The notes under the pieces were generated by a model. It saw nothing but the letters and a program-made list of their open reading frames with translations, had not been told where the DNA came from and ran no database searches. This document shows positions 60,478 through 64,000 of a stretch of 64,000 nucleotides of DNA, in pieces. This DNA comes from an uncultured Verrucomicrobiae bacterium (GTDB taxonomy: Bacteria; Verrucomicrobiota; Verrucomicrobiia; Chthoniobacterales; JAFAMB01), in the NCBI GenBank assembly GCA_963762565.1, contig CAVXLD010000005.1:384001-448000 (forward strand). The letters are read 5' to 3'. The position numbers and the translations under genes were made by a program. How positions within the stretch are numbered: the stretch's first letter is position 1; each line of letters starts with the position of its first letter.

Positions 60478-62019
60478 ATGTCCCCCAGCGCGAATATCTC
60501 GGAAGCACCGCTCGTTCTCATTGTAGACGATGACGTCTCAGTGAGGCGATCGACTGCGAGACTCCTACGTTCGGCAGGCATGCGGGCGGAAAGTTTCGCT
60601 TCGGCTCAGCAACTGCTCGATTCTGAGAACACAATCAAAGCGGATTGCCTGATCGTCGATGTACGAATGCCCGGTATAGACGGGCTGCAATTAATGCGCT
60701 GTCTAAGGGCACACGAGCAGCGCATCCCAGTGATTTTCTTTACTGGGGAGGCTGCTCAAGAAGATGAAGACTGGGCGCTCCGAGCGGGCGCTCTGGCTTT
60801 TCTGCGAAAGCCCGTCGGTAAAGGCGCGTTACTGCGGTTGATTCAGATGGCGCTCGAGAGTGCAAAGCATGCAAAGCAATTGGCCAAGGCAAACGAAGTG
60901 CTTCGGAGCTGCCTAGACAGGCTAGCCTCAGTTCCTGAGCTAGATGAGTTTCTCGGACAGGTTATGGCGGCGATGATCAGACAGCTAGGGGCAGTCTCTT
61001 GCATCTTAAAAGTGTTTAGCGCCGAACAAAAACGCCCGTTATTTGACCTGCTTTTCCAAGATGGCAGGGTAATCTCTCCCGCGGACGCTAGCTATCCTCA
61101 GGTTTATCGATCCTTGTACTTAGAAGAGCTAGACATTCAGCCCTGTACGACCGTGCTGCATCTTCAAGACCCTCAGACGATGCTAAAACCGGAGGGGCTA
61201 CGCAATTATCTGCTCGGCCAGGGCGTCAAGACTCTATTGACCATTCCATTGATCTCGCGTGGCGAACTCAATGGTGTATTGCGTTTCCGGTTTGCCGAGG
61301 AGTGCGATTTTACAGCCGAAGAACTTGAACTTGCTCGAGCTTTGGCGACACAAGCCAGTTTGGCAATTCACCTCGCTCAACTTGCAGAATCAGCAAAACG
61401 ATCTGCTGTGCTGGAAGAGCGCAATCGGTTGGCTGGCGAGATTCACGATTCACTGGGTCAAAGCTTTGCCGCTGTTTGCATGCAGCTCGCGCTTGCAGCA
61501 GAAGAGACGCAAAACAACCGCAAAGCGGTTCGCGGCCAAATAGGGCGTGCGTTAGAGTTGGCTAGGTTTGGTTTATCCGAAGCGCGTCGTTCGGCATTGA
61601 GCCTGCGATCGCAGGTCATCGAGGAGTTAGGATTCGTCGAGTCCCTCAAAATGTTGGCCGAGCGCTCAACTATCCCGGGCCGGTTGCTCTGTACCTTTCG
61701 GTGCAACCTCGAGAACGACGCCGGCCTGCCGGTCGGGATCCGCCAGGATTTACTGCGAATTGCGCAAGAGGCGATTAGTAACGCAATGCGCCACGCCGAG
61801 CCCACAGCAATTGAGGTCAGTCTGCGCTTAGATCGGACCGATCTGATCCTCAAAGTCACTGACAACGGGTGCGGAATGGCCAATACAGAAGGGATCAGAT
61901 ACGGATTCGGTTTCGTTAACATGCGAGCAAGAGTGAAAAACCTGAATGGTTCATTAAACACCCGCAGCGCGCGCGGTCGCGGAACGAGCATTTTGGTTAC
62001 TGTGCCGGTTGAGGTTTAG
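60478..62019 (+). CDS. Hybrid REC - GAF - HisKA_3 - HATPase sensor kinase
   Basis: IVDDD...IVDVRMP...LRKP; EERNRLAGEIHDSLGQ; QEAISNAMRH; DNGCG; GFGFVNMRAR. Confidence 0.92.
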   Translation: MSPSANISEAPLVLIVDDDVSVRRSTARLLRSAGMRAESFASAQQLLDSENTIKADCLIVDVRMPGIDGLQLMRCLRAHEQRIPVIFFTGEAAQEDEDWALRAGALAFLRKPVGKGALLRLIQMALESAKHAKQLAKANEVLRSCLDRLASVPELDEFLGQVMAAMIRQLGAVSCILKVFSAEQKRPLFDLLFQDGRVISPADASYPQVYRSLYLEELDIQPCTTVLHLQDPQTMLKPEGLRNYLLGQGVKTLLTIPLISRGELNGVLRFRFAEECDFTAEELELARALATQASLAIHLAQLAESAKRSAVLEERNRLAGEIHDSLGQSFAAVCMQLALAAEETQNNRKAVRGQIGRALELARFGLSEARRSALSLRSQVIEELGFVESLKMLAERSTIPGRLLCTFRCNLENDAGLPVGIRQDLLRIAQEAISNAMRHAEPTAIEVSLRLDRTDLILKVTDNGCGMANTEGIRYGFGFVNMRARVKNLNGSLNTRSARGRGTSILVTVPVEV

Positions 62020-62225
62020 CGGTTCACGGTTCACCGTTCGCGGTTCGCAGTTGGTAGTTTGCACTTGAAGACGCGAAGCGTTTACTCCCAGTCTTTCGGG
62101 ACAGGAAAGAATTTAGCCTTCGGCTGAGACTTTCACCCGCTTCACGGCAAAAATCCCTAATGCGAGGATCTACGGCAAACTGCAAACTGCAAACCGCCAA
62201 CTGTGAACCGCGAACGGTGAACCCG
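62020..62225. repeat. Inverted pair of 7-bp arrays with co-varying units
   Basis: Left cacggttcaccgttcgcggttcgcagttggtagtttgca; reverse complement of right cacgggttcaccgttcgcggttcacagttggcggtttgca. Confidence 0.92.
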
Positions 62226-62286
62226 TGCCCTTTCACCTGTACCAAAGGACAGTAGAACTCCAAGCGCCTCTAAATTAATCACCACA

Positions 62287-62679
62287 GTGGCCCCAAACGC
62301 AAATGCAAGCGAATCAACGCTCGTTATTGTTGTGGATGATGACGCTTCGGTCGCTAACTCGACCTGCAGACTCATACGCTCATTGGGCATGCGAGCCGAG
62401 GCATTTTTCTCCGGAGCAGATTTACTGAATTCGGGACGCGCAACCGAGGCCTCCTGTGTGATTCTGGATGTACGCATGCCGAATCTGGATGGCTTGCAGC
62501 TACAGCGGCGTCTTAAGGAAATTAGGTCGAGTATTCCCGTAATCTTCTTCAGCGCTCACGCGGGCAAGGAAGAGGAAGACCAGGCGCTGCGCTCCGGTGC
62601 GGTGGCTTTTCTGCGCAAGCCCGTGCATAGGGATGACTTGCTGCGCGTAATTCATATGGCCCTCGAACGAACGAGTTAG
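62287..62679 (+). CDS. Single-domain response regulator
   Basis: VVDDD, ILDVRMP.LDG, FFSA, FLRKP; paralog of the REC domain at 60478. Confidence 0.92.
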   Translation: MAPNANASESTLVIVVDDDASVANSTCRLIRSLGMRAEAFFSGADLLNSGRATEASCVILDVRMPNLDGLQLQRRLKEIRSSIPVIFFSAHAGKEEEDQALRSGAVAFLRKPVHRDDLLRVIHMALERTS

Positions 62680-62800
62680 CCTGCATTTCTCACAGATCTG
62701 AGCGGCTAGGAAAGAGCGCCAGTGTGCTTGTGAGAAATGCGGGCTGAGCCGCAATCAGCGGCTGGCCTCGTCCAAGAGCGTGAGATTTGTGGGTTAGGTA
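62679..62800. repeat. Dispersed block of about 120 bp also present at 49097-49200; contains a 16-bp stem (62679-62694 with 62729-62744)
   Basis: GCCTGCATTTCTCA...CCGCAATCAGCGG...CCAAGAGyGTGAGATTTGyGGGTTAG in both places. Confidence 0.75.
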
Positions 62801-63273
62801 AATGGGTCAAGACATGACTGAGTCCGATTGGGTCGTTGCGAGGACCAGAAAACTATTCACAACGAGATCCCGAAGGCCACAAAGACTGATTTTGAACGGT
62901 CCGACTTTGTGGCCTTTGTAATCCTGGTGTTAACATTTCTGGCTCTTTGCGCCTTTTCCGCGAGTTGCGAATGTTGAGCCGCTGGCAGTGAAACCCGGCG
63001 CTCCCTGTACTAATAGACAGTAGAATTGCCGTATCCAACGATGTTAGTTCATTGTCGCCCACTAAAACCTAACAATCGAAAAGAGACACAAAAATATGGA
63101 CCTCAATGCCTACGTCTTGGCCATGGCTATAATCGCCACACCTAGACACCAGAGAAACCAGCAAATAGTTCCTGAGTCGGAGTTCACTCCGTTCGATCTC
63201 CGTTACCTCAGGGAACTGCCCGTGAACAGTAGCCAACCGGGACACATTAGTCGACAAGGAAAGGCACAGAACA

Positions 63274-63981
63274 ATGTATCTGAAGCCCTACTGGCCTGAA
63301 GCGCCAGGCATTTTATCGGCGGTTGGAGAAGTGCGAGAGAGCGGCGCGTCCCACGAATCGCTGATCACTGTGGTTATTGCCGATGACCATCCCGTAATCC
63401 TAGAAGGATTAGTAAAGATCCTAAACTCGCAAAAAGACATAAGGGTCGTGGCTAGTGCCACCGATGGCGAGGGAGTAAGCAAGCTCTACTATCAGTTTCT
63501 TCCGGACGTGCTCATACTCGATCTTCGCCTGCCAAAGAAGGATGGGCCGCAGGTGCTTAACGAGCTAGTGACGTGTGGCAAATCCAAACCGCAGGTGATC
63601 ATAATGACAACTTTCGATTGTGAAGAAACTATTTTCAAGACCGTCCGTGCAGGCGCCAGGGGTTACTTGGTCAAAGTTGCAGACCCTCAAGAAATTCGGG
63701 AAGCAGTGCGTTGCGTCGCGAAAGGGGAAACCTTCTTTCCTTCAGAGGTTGGGTTGAGACTAGCTAAATCGGTCGCCTCCCCTAGACTGTCGAAGCGAGA
63801 AATGGAGGTTCTTGGGTGTGTAGCTAGTGGTAAAGGCAATAGAGAGATCGGGCGCAGTCTCGACGTCAGTGAAGGGACTATAAAGTTTCATGTGAAGTCA
63901 ATCCTTCGAAAGCTGGATGCAGTCGGCCGTGCTGAAGCGATTGCCATTGCTGCCAAACGCGGGATCATCCAATTAGCTTAA
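63274..63981 (+). CDS. NarL-family response regulator (REC plus LuxR HTH)
   Basis: IADDHP, PDVLILDL.LP, GYLVK, LSKREMEV, GNREIG, EGTIKFHV. True start may be downstream. Confidence 0.93.
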   Translation: MYLKPYWPEAPGILSAVGEVRESGASHESLITVVIADDHPVILEGLVKILNSQKDIRVVASATDGEGVSKLYYQFLPDVLILDLRLPKKDGPQVLNELVTCGKSKPQVIIMTTFDCEETIFKTVRAGARGYLVKVADPQEIREAVRCVAKGETFFPSEVGLRLAKSVASPRLSKREMEVLGCVASGKGNREIGRSLDVSEGTIKFHVKSILRKLDAVGRAEAIAIAAKRGIIQLA

Positions 63982-64000
63982 TCGCCGTGACTAACGCGCC

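Noticed and set aside
63096..63299. 67-aa ORF upstream of the NarL-type regulator, and ORF 42118-42435
   Set aside because: Possible small proteins, but no motif or other support from sequence alone.

Overview
Bacterial window, probably from a soil Verrucomicrobiota genome (inferred from gene content and repeat style, not tested). 1-14.9 kb looks core-like: the 3' part of an AddA/RecB-type helicase-nuclease, a (deoxy)pentose uptake and catabolism operon (ABC SBP and two permeases, RbsD/FucU, ribokinase, deoC, double-domain aldehyde dehydrogenase), a four-helix-bundle gene, mdh, a patatin and tRNA-Lys(CTT). The rest looks like a mosaic accessory region. It holds a DAC-domain protein, a glycogen/phosphoketolase fermentation cluster (adhP, xfp, glgP, phosphatase, ackA, pgm, malQ, glgX), a frameshifted MFS, a LysR, an RND pump, an NDH-2-like enzyme, secreted proteins, a wHTH-TolB-like-TPR regulator and a large signalling cluster containing a second four-helix-bundle gene. 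The most striking unannotated structure is non-coding. (i) Many 7/8/9-bp tandem arrays occur as inverted pairs; one pair brackets a four-helix-bundle gene inside an operon, others are 'empty', and related units sit in frame in protein linkers. (ii) A 110-180 bp promoter/leader module is copied four times, with CTTACGG direct repeats, suggesting a local regulon. (iii) A doubled LysR-type box occurs four times. All product calls are by-eye motif recognition; no database searches were run.
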